A stretch of DNA of 64,000 nucleotides, taken from positions 8,459-72,458 of the forward strand of contig JAMQHH010000013.1 of the NCBI GenBank assembly GCA_025993875.1. Direction: 5' to 3'. The notes below the pieces were generated by a model. It had not been told where the DNA came from and ran no database searches. It saw nothing but the letters and a program-made list of their open reading frames with translations. Every line of letters starts with the position of its first letter. Positions within the stretch are counted from its first letter, which is position 1. Below are positions 18,047 to 27,301 of this stretch, in pieces. This DNA is from Candidatus Dojkabacteria bacterium. Lineage in GTDB: Bacteria > Patescibacteriota > Dojkabacteria > J137. A program made the position numbers and the translations under genes.

Positions 18047-19878
18047 AAGAGTTTATTAGAGAGCCCAAAAAACGATCGATAAGGAATGTCCCCATAAACA
18101 CTAACAAGCTATTCTTATCTATTATATTAATCTCCTTATCTATTTTGTTAGCAGGCTCGTTTTTTACAATGGTGATAAATGGGAGTAAATACGATTCGCT
18201 CGGAAAAATTATTAATACAAAAACCGATTATAAAGTTCCTCAACGAGGAATTTTTTTTGATAACAGCTTAGTTTCTTTAGTAGAAAATATACCGGGTTAC
18301 TCTTTATCTTTTAACCCGGTGAAATTAAAAAATATAGACGAGTTAGACAATATTGCTAATATTATAGTTAAAAATTCAAGCGAAGACTTAGCTGAGATAA
18401 AGGATAGAATGGAAAATCTTGTTTATCTAAATCAAATAGGGCTAATTACCAAAATTCTAACATTTGATGATACTTCAAAAATTTTTAGCAATCTAGCCGA
18501 AGTAACTGATAGCCTAGAAATAAAAGAGGTTTTCTTTAGAAAATATAATTACCCCGAATCTTTCTCGCATATATTAGGATATTTAGGAAAGACAACAACA
18601 GAAGAAATTGAATCCGATTCTTTTTATGCTCAGAATGACTTTATCGGAAAGTATAAACTCGAAAGCTCCTTAGAACTTTACCTAAGGGGAGTTAAAGGGA
18701 GAGTTGATACTCAGGATGGAGTAGAAAAATATTCACAACCAATACCCGGTTTTAATATATATTTAAATATTGATTCATCCTGGCAAGATAAGTTATATAA
18801 TATTATAGCTAATCAGGTTTCGGTAGATGGTGCAGAAGGAGGCTCGGGCGTGGTTATGGACATAAATACAGGAAAGATATTAGCTATAACCAGTTATCCT
18901 GGCTTTGATACCAATCAGTTTTCTCCCGAAATAAATGTTAGTTATTATTCTGAATTAGCGCAAAACTCGCAACACCCATTAATAGACAAGGCGCTCAGTG
19001 TTGTAGGACCACCCGGCTCAACCTTTAAAATCATATCTGCAATGCACCTACTAGAAAACCAAAAGATAAATTCTCAAACAACATATTTTTCAAATAGGTG
19101 CATAAATTTAGGAAACTACGAATTTTGTGAATATGGTAAATTTTTTTACGGCTACATGGATTTACCTAGAGCAATATATAAATCCAGCAATCTATTTTTT
19201 TGTGATGCATTTTTAAGAGAAGATAATAGCTTTGTACAATCTCTTTTTGATTTTGCGAAATCACTTGGTCTTGGAGACCTAACTAGTATAGATGTTCCTG
19301 GTGAGATTGCAGGGAATCTTGATTCTCCGGTTTATAAGGAAAAAACTTTGGCAGAATCATGGTATGATGGTGATACATGCAATATGGTTATTGGCCAAGG
19401 AGCTACTCTTGTTACTCCGGTTCAACTAGTTGTGATGATTGCTGCAATAGAAAATGGAGGAAATGTCTTAAAACCTTATGTAATATCTTCTATCGAAGAC
19501 CGGTTTGGGAATATTATACAAACCAATAAAAAAGAGGTTTTACGCAAAGTCAATCTTGACTATAACAATCTAAAACTAGTAGATAAAGGCCTGTACGGTA
19601 ATGTTTTAAACCCCGAAGGAATTGTCTACAGATTTTTGCATGATATTGGAGAAACAATTAGAGTAAAAACAGGTACTGCCGAAGTTGTTGATTATTCTTC
19701 GGGCAGTGCACAAAATAAAACACATGGCTGGATAGTTGGAGCATTTGATTATCAAGGAAACACGTATGCTTTTGTTTTTAACATTAGATTTGGATCGTCC
19801 GGATCTAATGCTTCGATTGTTGCCAGAAAATTTATCCATTGTGTTTATAATAACGCCCCGGGATGTGAAAATATTTAA
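18043..19878 (+). CDS. mrdA: Penicillin-binding protein 2 (class B transpeptidase)
   Basis: N-terminal TM and a PBP dimerisation region. The transpeptidase motifs are present: SxxK (GSTFKII), SxN-like, and KTGTAE. Confidence 0.85.
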   Translation: MKEFIREPKKRSIRNVPINTNKLFLSIILISLSILLAGSFFTMVINGSKYDSLGKIINTKTDYKVPQRGIFFDNSLVSLVENIPGYSLSFNPVKLKNIDELDNIANIIVKNSSEDLAEIKDRMENLVYLNQIGLITKILTFDDTSKIFSNLAEVTDSLEIKEVFFRKYNYPESFSHILGYLGKTTTEEIESDSFYAQNDFIGKYKLESSLELYLRGVKGRVDTQDGVEKYSQPIPGFNIYLNIDSSWQDKLYNIIANQVSVDGAEGGSGVVMDINTGKILAITSYPGFDTNQFSPEINVSYYSELAQNSQHPLIDKALSVVGPPGSTFKIISAMHLLENQKINSQTTYFSNRCINLGNYEFCEYGKFFYGYMDLPRAIYKSSNLFFCDAFLREDNSFVQSLFDFAKSLGLGDLTSIDVPGEIAGNLDSPVYKEKTLAESWYDGDTCNMVIGQGATLVTPVQLVVMIAAIENGGNVLKPYVISSIEDRFGNIIQTNKKEVLRKVNLDYNNLKLVDKGLYGNVLNPEGIVYRFLHDIGETIRVKTGTAEVVDYSSGSAQNKTHGWIVGAFDYQGNTYAFVFNIRFGSSGSNASIVARKFIHCVYNNAPGCENI

Positions 19879-19883
19879 TTAAT

Positions 19884-20984
19884 ATGGAAACAAATTCGGT
19901 AATATTAAGACTCTCATTAACAAAGGGTATAGGTCCAATAACTTTTAAGAAAATTTTACAAAAGTTTGGAACAAAATTTTTTTACAAGTCTGATTTTAAC
20001 GAAAAAGTCTTTCTATTGACACTTTCCAAATATATCAAAAATTTTAGCCAAAATTGGGAAGCTGCAGAAAAAAAGGAGAGAATATGTTTAGAAGAATGCG
20101 AAAAAAATAAAATATCTATTGTGACTATTCTCGATAAAAATTATCCACCACTTTTAAACGAGCTGCCAGATTCTCCTATGGTACTTTTTTTCTATGGAAA
20201 GTTAGAAGAAAAGATATTTGAACAAAAGTTCTGTTCTGTAGTAGGAACAAGAAATAACACAATATACGGCGAAAAGGTAGCAAGGGAAATAGCTAATATT
20301 TTGTCTAAAGAACAGATAATAATCGTTAGCGGTCTAGCTATTGGAATAGATTCCCTAGTACATTTGCAGGCTTTAAAAAAAGATGCGCTTACTGTGGCAG
20401 TTTTGGGTGTTCCTCTTGAAGAGAAGTTTTTAAAAAGAGGGATAATAAATCAAATAATAAAAAAGAATGGAATTATCTTTTCAGAATATCCGCCTGGCGA
20501 AAAAATTGACGCTGGAATGTTTATTCGAAGAAATAGAATAATTGCAGGCCTTTCGAGTCTGACAATAATAATCGAAGCCGGTAAAAAAAGCGGAGCTTTA
20601 TCCACTGCACAATTTGCCCTCGATTATAACCGTGATGTTTTAGCGGTTCCCGGAGAGTTTGGAAAAGAAACTAGTTTTGGAACAAACTGGCTTATAAAAA
20701 ATTCTATGGCAGAGCTTTTATTGACAGAGAATGATATACTTCAAAGTCTTGGTCTATCTACTCTGGAAAGTAAGGGAAGCTTGAAAGAGGAAAAAATTAA
20801 AAATTCTTTGAACGAAAAAGAAAAGGTTATTTATAAACTGTTAAAGGAATTTAACGAGCTTAACTTGGAGGAGATGTCGGTTAAGTCGGGTTATGATATT
20901 ATTGCTTTGTCCAATATCTGTTCAATATTGGAACTTAAAGGTGTTATTATAAAAAATATTGTTGGATATTATTCATTAGTATAA
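19884..20984 (+). CDS. dprA: DNA processing protein DprA (Smf)
   Basis: An N-terminal SAM-like region and a Rossmann DprA core (VVGTRNNTIYG ... IVSGLAIGIDS ... AGKKSGALSTAQFALDYNRDVLAVPG). It sits in the conserved dprA-topA pair. Confidence 0.9.
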   Translation: METNSVILRLSLTKGIGPITFKKILQKFGTKFFYKSDFNEKVFLLTLSKYIKNFSQNWEAAEKKERICLEECEKNKISIVTILDKNYPPLLNELPDSPMVLFFYGKLEEKIFEQKFCSVVGTRNNTIYGEKVAREIANILSKEQIIIVSGLAIGIDSLVHLQALKKDALTVAVLGVPLEEKFLKRGIINQIIKKNGIIFSEYPPGEKIDAGMFIRRNRIIAGLSSLTIIIEAGKKSGALSTAQFALDYNRDVLAVPGEFGKETSFGTNWLIKNSMAELLLTENDILQSLGLSTLESKGSLKEEKIKNSLNEKEKVIYKLLKEFNELNLEEMSVKSGYDIIALSNICSILELKGVIIKNIVGYYSLV

Positions 20985-20987
20985 ATT

Positions 20988-23204
20988 ATGAAACTAGTTA
21001 TAGTTGAGTCGCCATCAAAGGCTAAAACAATAAATAAATATTTAGGCAAAGAGTACGTAGTAAAAGCGTCAAAAGGTCACGTTGTTGATTTGCCAAAATC
21101 TAAGCTTGGAATAGACATCGAAAACGACTTTGCTCCGGAGTATCAGGTTACTAACAGCAAATCATTGCAAGAAATAAAAAAATCATTTAAAGATGCCGAA
21201 GCTTTAATATTGGCTGTGGACTTGGATAGAGAAGGAGAGGCGATAGGCTGGCATATTGCGAAAGAGCTTAATTTAATTGATAACAATGGTAAACCCAAGG
21301 GCAAGAAAAATATCCAAAGAATAGTTTTTAGTGAAATAACTAAAGAGGCTATAAACGAAGCAATAAAAAATCCCAGGGATATAGATATAAATCTAGTTAA
21401 TGCTCAACAGGCCAGAAGAATACTTGATAGACTTGTTGGCTATAAATTATCTCCGCTATTGTGGAAGAAGATAAAATACGGACTCTCTGCTGGAAGGGTT
21501 CAATCTGTTGCATTAAGACTCGTTGTGGAAAGGGAGGAAGAAAGAAATAAATTCAAACCTGAAGAATACTGGAGCGTCGAAACAGATCTAGTAAAAACAC
21601 AAAAACCAAAAAATCCGAAAATTGTTTTAAAAGAGGTAGCGGATAAAAATTCTTCCGATTTTGAACAAAAAAAAGAAGAGATAAAAACTATCGGAACCGT
21701 CTTTGCACTTTCCAAAATAGAAGGAAAAACAGCCAAGGTAAAAACAAAAAACGATGCTTCGAGCATAACTGAGGTAATAGCAAAAGAAAGTATTAAAGTT
21801 GAAAAAGTTCAAGAAGATTTTTCTTCACAAAATCCGAGACCTCCATTTATTACAAGCACATTACAGCAAGCTGGGGTTAATGTACTGGGCTTTTCGGCAA
21901 AAAAAATAATGCAAGTTGCGCAAAAATTGTACGAGTCAGGATACATAACTTATATGAGAACGGACTCATTAAATATGTCTAACATAGCTATAGCCTCGGG
22001 AGAGAAATACATAAAAGAATTATATGGTAGCAAATACCTACCAGAATCGAGAAGATATTATAAAAATAAGAATAAAAACGCTCAGGAAGCTCATGAGTGT
22101 ATCAGGCCCGTCGATTTTTTTTCTAATTCCGCAAAGCTTTCCTTGGATGGTGATGAAAAAAAAGTTTACGATCTAATATGGAAAAGAGCGCTTTCTTCTA
22201 TTATGGCATCAGCACAGGTAAAAAATGTTTCAGTAATTGCAACAGTACAAAACTATGAGCTAAAGGCAACTGGATCGCAAATTGTTTTTGATGGCTATTT
22301 AAAAGTATATCCCGAAAAAATAGGCAACAAAATCCTTCCAGATTTTAAAGAGGGAGAAATGCTATATCCAGACAGCATTGAGGCAAAACAGCATTTTACA
22401 GAGCCGCCAGCAAGATATTCGGAGGCATCTCTTATTAAGAAAATGGAATTTCTGGGAATAGGAAGACCTTCTACATATGCCACAATAATTTCTACAATTA
22501 TTTCAAGAAAATACGTAGAGAGCATAAACAAGTATTTACGACCAACAGATGTTGGAGTGGTGGTTAACAAGCTTTTAACAAAATACTTTACGGACATAGT
22601 AGATTACGATTTTACCAGGACTATGGAGGAAAATTTAGATAATATTGCAGAGGGCAAAATACAGTGGCAGGAGCTTTTGGGAACTTTCTACAAACCATTC
22701 GAAAAAAATATTTTGGAAAAAGAAAAAACAATTGCTAGAAGTGAATTTACCGAATTAGGCGCCAGTGACGAAAAGTGTCCGGAATGTGGTTCCAAAATGG
22801 TTATCAAATTAGGAAAATATGGAAAATTTTTAAGTTGTACACGTTATCCAGAATGTAAGGGGATGAAAACCTTGGAAGAAGAAGATTCTAACGAAAACGG
22901 AGTAGCAGATATTTTGGAAAAGGGGTTTTACGAGGCACCTCCAAAAGCTGAAGACGGTAGATTATATTTACTAAAAAAGGGAAAATACGGTTCATTTTGG
23001 GCTCACCCTGATTATCCAAAGGTTAAGGATGCTAAACCTCTTGTACTAACAAAGGAGGGACTTCTTTCTAAGTATGGCGAAATTCCAAAAACAGATGATG
23101 GAAGAGAGTTTTTGTTAAAAAAAGGAAAATTTGGTGAATTCTGGGCACATCCAGATTACCCCGAAGTAAAAGAAATTAGACGAATAAAAAAAACTAAAAA
23201 ATAA
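20988..23204 (+). CDS. topA: DNA topoisomerase I
   Basis: A Toprim N-terminus (MKLVIVESPSKAKTI), the catalytic Tyr region (YITYMRTDS), and C-terminal Zn-ribbon repeats (CPECGS...C..YPEC). Confidence 0.95.
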   Translation: MKLVIVESPSKAKTINKYLGKEYVVKASKGHVVDLPKSKLGIDIENDFAPEYQVTNSKSLQEIKKSFKDAEALILAVDLDREGEAIGWHIAKELNLIDNNGKPKGKKNIQRIVFSEITKEAINEAIKNPRDIDINLVNAQQARRILDRLVGYKLSPLLWKKIKYGLSAGRVQSVALRLVVEREEERNKFKPEEYWSVETDLVKTQKPKNPKIVLKEVADKNSSDFEQKKEEIKTIGTVFALSKIEGKTAKVKTKNDASSITEVIAKESIKVEKVQEDFSSQNPRPPFITSTLQQAGVNVLGFSAKKIMQVAQKLYESGYITYMRTDSLNMSNIAIASGEKYIKELYGSKYLPESRRYYKNKNKNAQEAHECIRPVDFFSNSAKLSLDGDEKKVYDLIWKRALSSIMASAQVKNVSVIATVQNYELKATGSQIVFDGYLKVYPEKIGNKILPDFKEGEMLYPDSIEAKQHFTEPPARYSEASLIKKMEFLGIGRPSTYATIISTIISRKYVESINKYLRPTDVGVVVNKLLTKYFTDIVDYDFTRTMEENLDNIAEGKIQWQELLGTFYKPFEKNILEKEKTIARSEFTELGASDEKCPECGSKMVIKLGKYGKFLSCTRYPECKGMKTLEEEDSNENGVADILEKGFYEAPPKAEDGRLYLLKKGKYGSFWAHPDYPKVKDAKPLVLTKEGLLSKYGEIPKTDDGREFLLKKGKFGEFWAHPDYPEVKEIRRIKKTKK

Positions 23205-23420
23205 ACTTCGCACTAGCTTGCATCGAATGTATTTTGTAACTACGATTCTTTAAACTGTCCTATTATTTAGAGGATTAGTTATATCCTAATACCTTAGTAA
23301 GAGGTTTTAGCATCGAATTTGTAAATAATCTATGTTATAATCTTTCCAATTCAGCACGCAGATATAAAACCTCTCCTAAGGGAGCATCTGCGGAAGTTTA
23401 ATTATTATAATAAGGTTAAT

Positions 23421-24437
23421 ATGGAAAATAATATTTCCAAAGATCTGGCGGCTATGTCTCTTCAAGATCTCTTAGAGAATGGCATTCACTTTGGCCACGA
23501 GGCAAAAAGGTGGAATCCTAAGATGAGCAGGTTTATTTATGCTCAGAAAAATAACATTCATATTATTGATATCTCCCAAACACTGGAAAGACTAAAGGTT
23601 GCAGCCAAATTTTTGGAGGAAGCAGCGTCACGGGGGAATGTGCTTTTTGTTTCGACAAAAAGACAGGCAGTGGAAATTGTAAGAGATGCAGCAATAAGAT
23701 CAGGTTCTTACTATATGACTGCAAGATGGGTAGGCGGACTGTTAACAAATTTTGCAACAATAAAAAAGAGTTTAAATGCTCTTGTTGAACTCGAAAAATC
23801 CTTTGAGGAGGGAGTATTGGATAGAACAAAATATGAAGTTGCTTTAATGAAAAAAGAATGGGCAAGGCTGTTTAGGCTATATGGTGGAGTTAAATCTCTC
23901 TCGTCTAAACCCACCGCAATTGTTATTCTTGATACAAACTACGAAAAAGCAGCTGTAAAAGAAGCAAGAAAAATAGGAGTACCAGTTGTTGGGATTATTG
24001 ATACAAATTCCGATCCTGAAGACGCGGATTATCCTATCCCAGCTAATGATGACGCTATCAAATCAATAAGATTCTTAATTAATGTTTTAGCCGATGCTGT
24101 AATAAAGGGAAATAAAGGAAACGGCGTAAAGCATTCAATAAAGGATTATAGTAAGATAGAAGTAAAAATAATAAGAAGAGAAGAGGAAAAAGCAAACAAG
24201 GCTGAGGTTATTAATATTATGCCCGAAAAGTCTGTAGAAGCTGTTGTTACTAAACCGGAAGTTAAAAGAACATCATCTAAAGTTAAAGGAATTTTAGAAA
24301 GGGTAAAGGAAGAGGCTCAGAAAAAGGAGACTAAAAAACCTTCTGCTGCGAAAAGTAAAACAATTAAGGCAACAAAGGAGAAGGCTGTAAAATCTGAGGG
24401 CACAAAATCTAAAAAAAAGGTAGCTAAAACAAAATAA
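23421..24437 (+). CDS. rpsB: 30S ribosomal protein S2 with a long Lys/Glu-rich C-terminal extension
   Basis: An S2 core (GIHFGHEAKRWNPKM...) runs to about residue 240. It is followed by a roughly 95-aa highly charged K-rich tail. Confidence 0.93.
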   Translation: MENNISKDLAAMSLQDLLENGIHFGHEAKRWNPKMSRFIYAQKNNIHIIDISQTLERLKVAAKFLEEAASRGNVLFVSTKRQAVEIVRDAAIRSGSYYMTARWVGGLLTNFATIKKSLNALVELEKSFEEGVLDRTKYEVALMKKEWARLFRLYGGVKSLSSKPTAIVILDTNYEKAAVKEARKIGVPVVGIIDTNSDPEDADYPIPANDDAIKSIRFLINVLADAVIKGNKGNGVKHSIKDYSKIEVKIIRREEEKANKAEVINIMPEKSVEAVVTKPEVKRTSSKVKGILERVKEEAQKKETKKPSAAKSKTIKATKEKAVKSEGTKSKKKVAKTK

Positions 24438-24473
24438 ATAAGTAACATTTCAATAATTTTTATAGTTAAACTT

Positions 24474-25085
24474 ATGGTAACAATGGAGCAAATAAAAGAG
24501 CTTAGAAACGCAACTGGAGCAGGTGTAAACGCTGTAAAAGAAGCTTTGGAAATTTCCGGAGGTAACACTGAGGCTGCAATAAAATACTTAAGAGAAAAAG
24601 GTGTAGCTAAGGCAGAGAAAAGAAAAGATAAAATTGCTTCTAATGGAATATTAGGGGTTTATAAACATACAAATTCCAAATTACTTGCTATTGTTGAGGT
24701 TGCCTGCGAAACAGATTTTGCTGCAAAAAGCCCGGATATGGCAAAATTTGCAGATGAAATCGCCTTGCATGTTGCTGCAATTGGACCAAAATATATCTCT
24801 GTTGATACAATAGATCCATCAGAGTTGGAAACAGAAAAAAAGGTATTCGAAGCAGATTTAGAAGGTAAGCCGGAAGAAGTAAAAGCTAAAATTATGGAGG
24901 GAAAACTTTCAAAATTTTATAAAGACACTGTTCTTCTTAAACAATCGTTATTTTCGGACGAAAGCAAACTGGTAGAAGATTATCTAAACGAACTAATTGC
25001 AAAGATTGGCGAAAAAATTGTAATAACAAGATTTTTTAAAGTGCAACTAGGCGAAGAGTTTTTAACAGATCAGGTAAAACTGTAG
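24474..25085 (+). CDS. tsf: Elongation factor Ts (short form)
   Basis: The N-terminal UBA-like motif (IKELRNATGAGVNAVKEAL) and the conserved rpsB-tsf order. Confidence 0.9.
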   Translation: MVTMEQIKELRNATGAGVNAVKEALEISGGNTEAAIKYLREKGVAKAEKRKDKIASNGILGVYKHTNSKLLAIVEVACETDFAAKSPDMAKFADEIALHVAAIGPKYISVDTIDPSELETEKKVFEADLEGKPEEVKAKIMEGKLSKFYKDTVLLKQSLFSDESKLVEDYLNELIAKIGEKIVITRFFKVQLGEEFLTDQVKL

Positions 25086-25134
25086 TAAAATAGAGATAAG
25101 ATATAAATTTAGTAATATTTATTACATTTTTCTT

Positions 25135-25689
25135 ATGCTTTTTGACGAGTCAAATTACAGGAATAGATTAAAAACTGTTGTAGATGAATTTAAGGAGGAT
25201 TTAAAAGGAATAAAAACTGGGCGAGCCAGTAACGACATGTTAAGCAATATAAATGTAGAAGCTTATGGCCAAACAATGCCTTTACACGCAGTTGCAAAAA
25301 TTCAAATTATTAATGCAACAAGAATTGACATAGAAGTGTGGGATACCGGGGTGTTGGCAAATGTAGAAAAAAGCCTAAGAGATTCTAGTTTAGGCTCAGT
25401 CTCGGTAGCGCCCGGTAAAAAGAATCTATTTATTATTAATATAAGCCCACTTACTATGGAGGATAGAGAAAAAAAAGCAGCGGAGATAGAAAAGTGGTTG
25501 GAAGAAAGAAAAATAAAATTAAGGTTAATTCGAGGTGAGTTTAAAGTTCAGGTAGAGTCTATGGAAAAAGTTCCGGAAGATGATCAAAAAAGGAGCAAAG
25601 AAAAAATAGATTCCATTTTAAAAGAGTTTGAAGCTTCTATTACTGAGGTTTGTAAACAAAAAACTGATGAGGTTAAGTCAATCAACTAA
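25135..25689 (+). CDS. frr: Ribosome recycling factor
   Basis: RRF-like throughout (DLKGIKTGRASNDMLSNINVEAYGQTMPL...), 184 aa. Confidence 0.9.
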   Translation: MLFDESNYRNRLKTVVDEFKEDLKGIKTGRASNDMLSNINVEAYGQTMPLHAVAKIQIINATRIDIEVWDTGVLANVEKSLRDSSLGSVSVAPGKKNLFIINISPLTMEDREKKAAEIEKWLEERKIKLRLIRGEFKVQVESMEKVPEDDQKRSKEKIDSILKEFEASITEVCKQKTDEVKSIN

Positions 25690-25694
25690 GGCAT

Positions 25695-26870
25695 ATGGAT
25701 ATTTTATTAACAATCTTCTTCTTTATTTTAATAATCGGTGTTTTGGTTTTAGTTCACGAACTGGGGCATTTTATTGCAGCAAAACTAGGAGGGGTAGATG
25801 TAAAAGAATTTGCAATTGGCTTTGGTAAAACTTTATACAGTAAAAACTTTAATGGCACAAAATACTGCATAAATGTTTTCCCGCTTGGAGGTTATGTTAA
25901 TCTGGAAGGCGAAACCGATACAACCACTGGCCCCAATTCTTTTAGAAATAAGAAATTTAGGATTAAGCTTTTTGTTTTGGTTGCCGGTGTTGCAATGAAT
26001 ATACTATTCGCATCATTGTTGTTTTCAGTTTATTTGGCTTCAAACGGTTATAAATTCAGTATTTTTCCAAAACTTTCAGATTACAGCTTTTCGGGAACTG
26101 AATCGCAAAATGCATATTTCCCGTTAAAAGTTGTAGAAGTAGATAAACAAGGGGTTTCCGCAGGTATATTAAACCCTGGAGATATAATCGTATCTATAAA
26201 TAGTAATGATTTTAGTTCTTTTTCGGAATTTAGGGGGATATTAAAAGATAATTTGAACAAGACTGTAACACTTGGTTTATTGGATTTAGATTCATACTCG
26301 GTTTCTACAATAGATATACCCTTAAAGGAAGAATCTGAAAATGGAGGGATACTAAATGTTACATTCTCTTCGGATAACGTTTCTATTGATCGTGCAATTT
26401 ATTTTTTGAAATATCCACAAAACATATTTTCGGGTATATCTTTAACATACGATTCTATTTTCTATCAAATAAATGCACTTGGTAGGATAATATCGGATTC
26501 TGTAAGTAGCGGAGACTTTCAGGAACTAAGTAACACAGTCGGAGGTTTACCTGCTGTTACAAATCAGATTGGCCAAATAGTTCAATTTAAGGTTTGGGAG
26601 ATTTTAATTCCATTAACGGCTTTGATAAGTGTTTCTTTGGCAGTAGTAAATATTTTGCCTTTTCCTGCCTTGGATGGAGGGCAAATTTTAGTATTTGGCA
26701 TAGAAAAGTTACTAGGCAAAAAGATACCCGACAAAATTCTTGGCAGAATTAATTTAATCGGGTTTGGGCTTTTAATCTTTCTGGCTATAATTATCAATAT
26801 TAAGGATGTAATTCAGCTCGACTGGATTGGCGGTCTTATAAATTTTATAAAAAATATTTTCGGTAGATAA
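25695..26870 (+). CDS. rseP: RseP-type site-2 (M50) zinc metalloprotease with PDZ domain
   Basis: HExxH in TM1 (VHELGHFIAA), a PDZ-like segment, and a C-terminal LDGG motif (ALDGGQIL). Confidence 0.85.
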   Translation: MDILLTIFFFILIIGVLVLVHELGHFIAAKLGGVDVKEFAIGFGKTLYSKNFNGTKYCINVFPLGGYVNLEGETDTTTGPNSFRNKKFRIKLFVLVAGVAMNILFASLLFSVYLASNGYKFSIFPKLSDYSFSGTESQNAYFPLKVVEVDKQGVSAGILNPGDIIVSINSNDFSSFSEFRGILKDNLNKTVTLGLLDLDSYSVSTIDIPLKEESENGGILNVTFSSDNVSIDRAIYFLKYPQNIFSGISLTYDSIFYQINALGRIISDSVSSGDFQELSNTVGGLPAVTNQIGQIVQFKVWEILIPLTALISVSLAVVNILPFPALDGGQILVFGIEKLLGKKIPDKILGRINLIGFGLLIFLAIIINIKDVIQLDWIGGLINFIKNIFGR

Positions 26871-26936
26871 TTTCAAAAATATTTGATAAAATCATCAAGC
26901 TTATTAATTAATTGAGATTAAGAATAACTTAAAATT

Positions 26937-27140
26937 ATGTCAGTAGTAGTACACGATGGAATACCAATAGATTTGGCTTTAAGGCTTCTCTGGAGAGAGG
27001 CTACTCGGGAAGGCGTTATAGAAAAATTAGAAGAAATTAGATATTTTGTTCCTAGAACAAATGTTACCCACATTTCACGAAAAAAGTGGGCGAAAATGAA
27101 AAAAAGAAGAAGGCAAGCTAGTAGAAAGGCTCAAAAATAG
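26937..27140 (+). CDS. rpsU: 30S ribosomal protein S21
   Basis: A 67-aa basic protein: ...LLWREATREGVIEKLEEIRYFV...KKRRRQASRKAQK. Confidence 0.85.
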   Translation: MSVVVHDGIPIDLALRLLWREATREGVIEKLEEIRYFVPRTNVTHISRKKWAKMKKRRRQASRKAQK

Positions 27141-27301
27141 TATTCTCCCTAAGTCTTTGAATAAATAATAAACTAGAGATAGGTTGGTTTGTGGGGTTTC
27201 CCTAAGACATTGCTTTTTTGTAAACACTTTTGGAATAAGTTTTGAATCTCTATTCTTTTGTGTGATAAAATTTCTTTTGTTAAGAAGATTTTCCTTTTGA
27301 T

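Noticed and set aside
27141-27301. SRP (4.5S) RNA upstream of dnaX
   Set aside because: No GGAAGCAGC/GNRA domain IV signature is visible, so only a direct repeat is reported.
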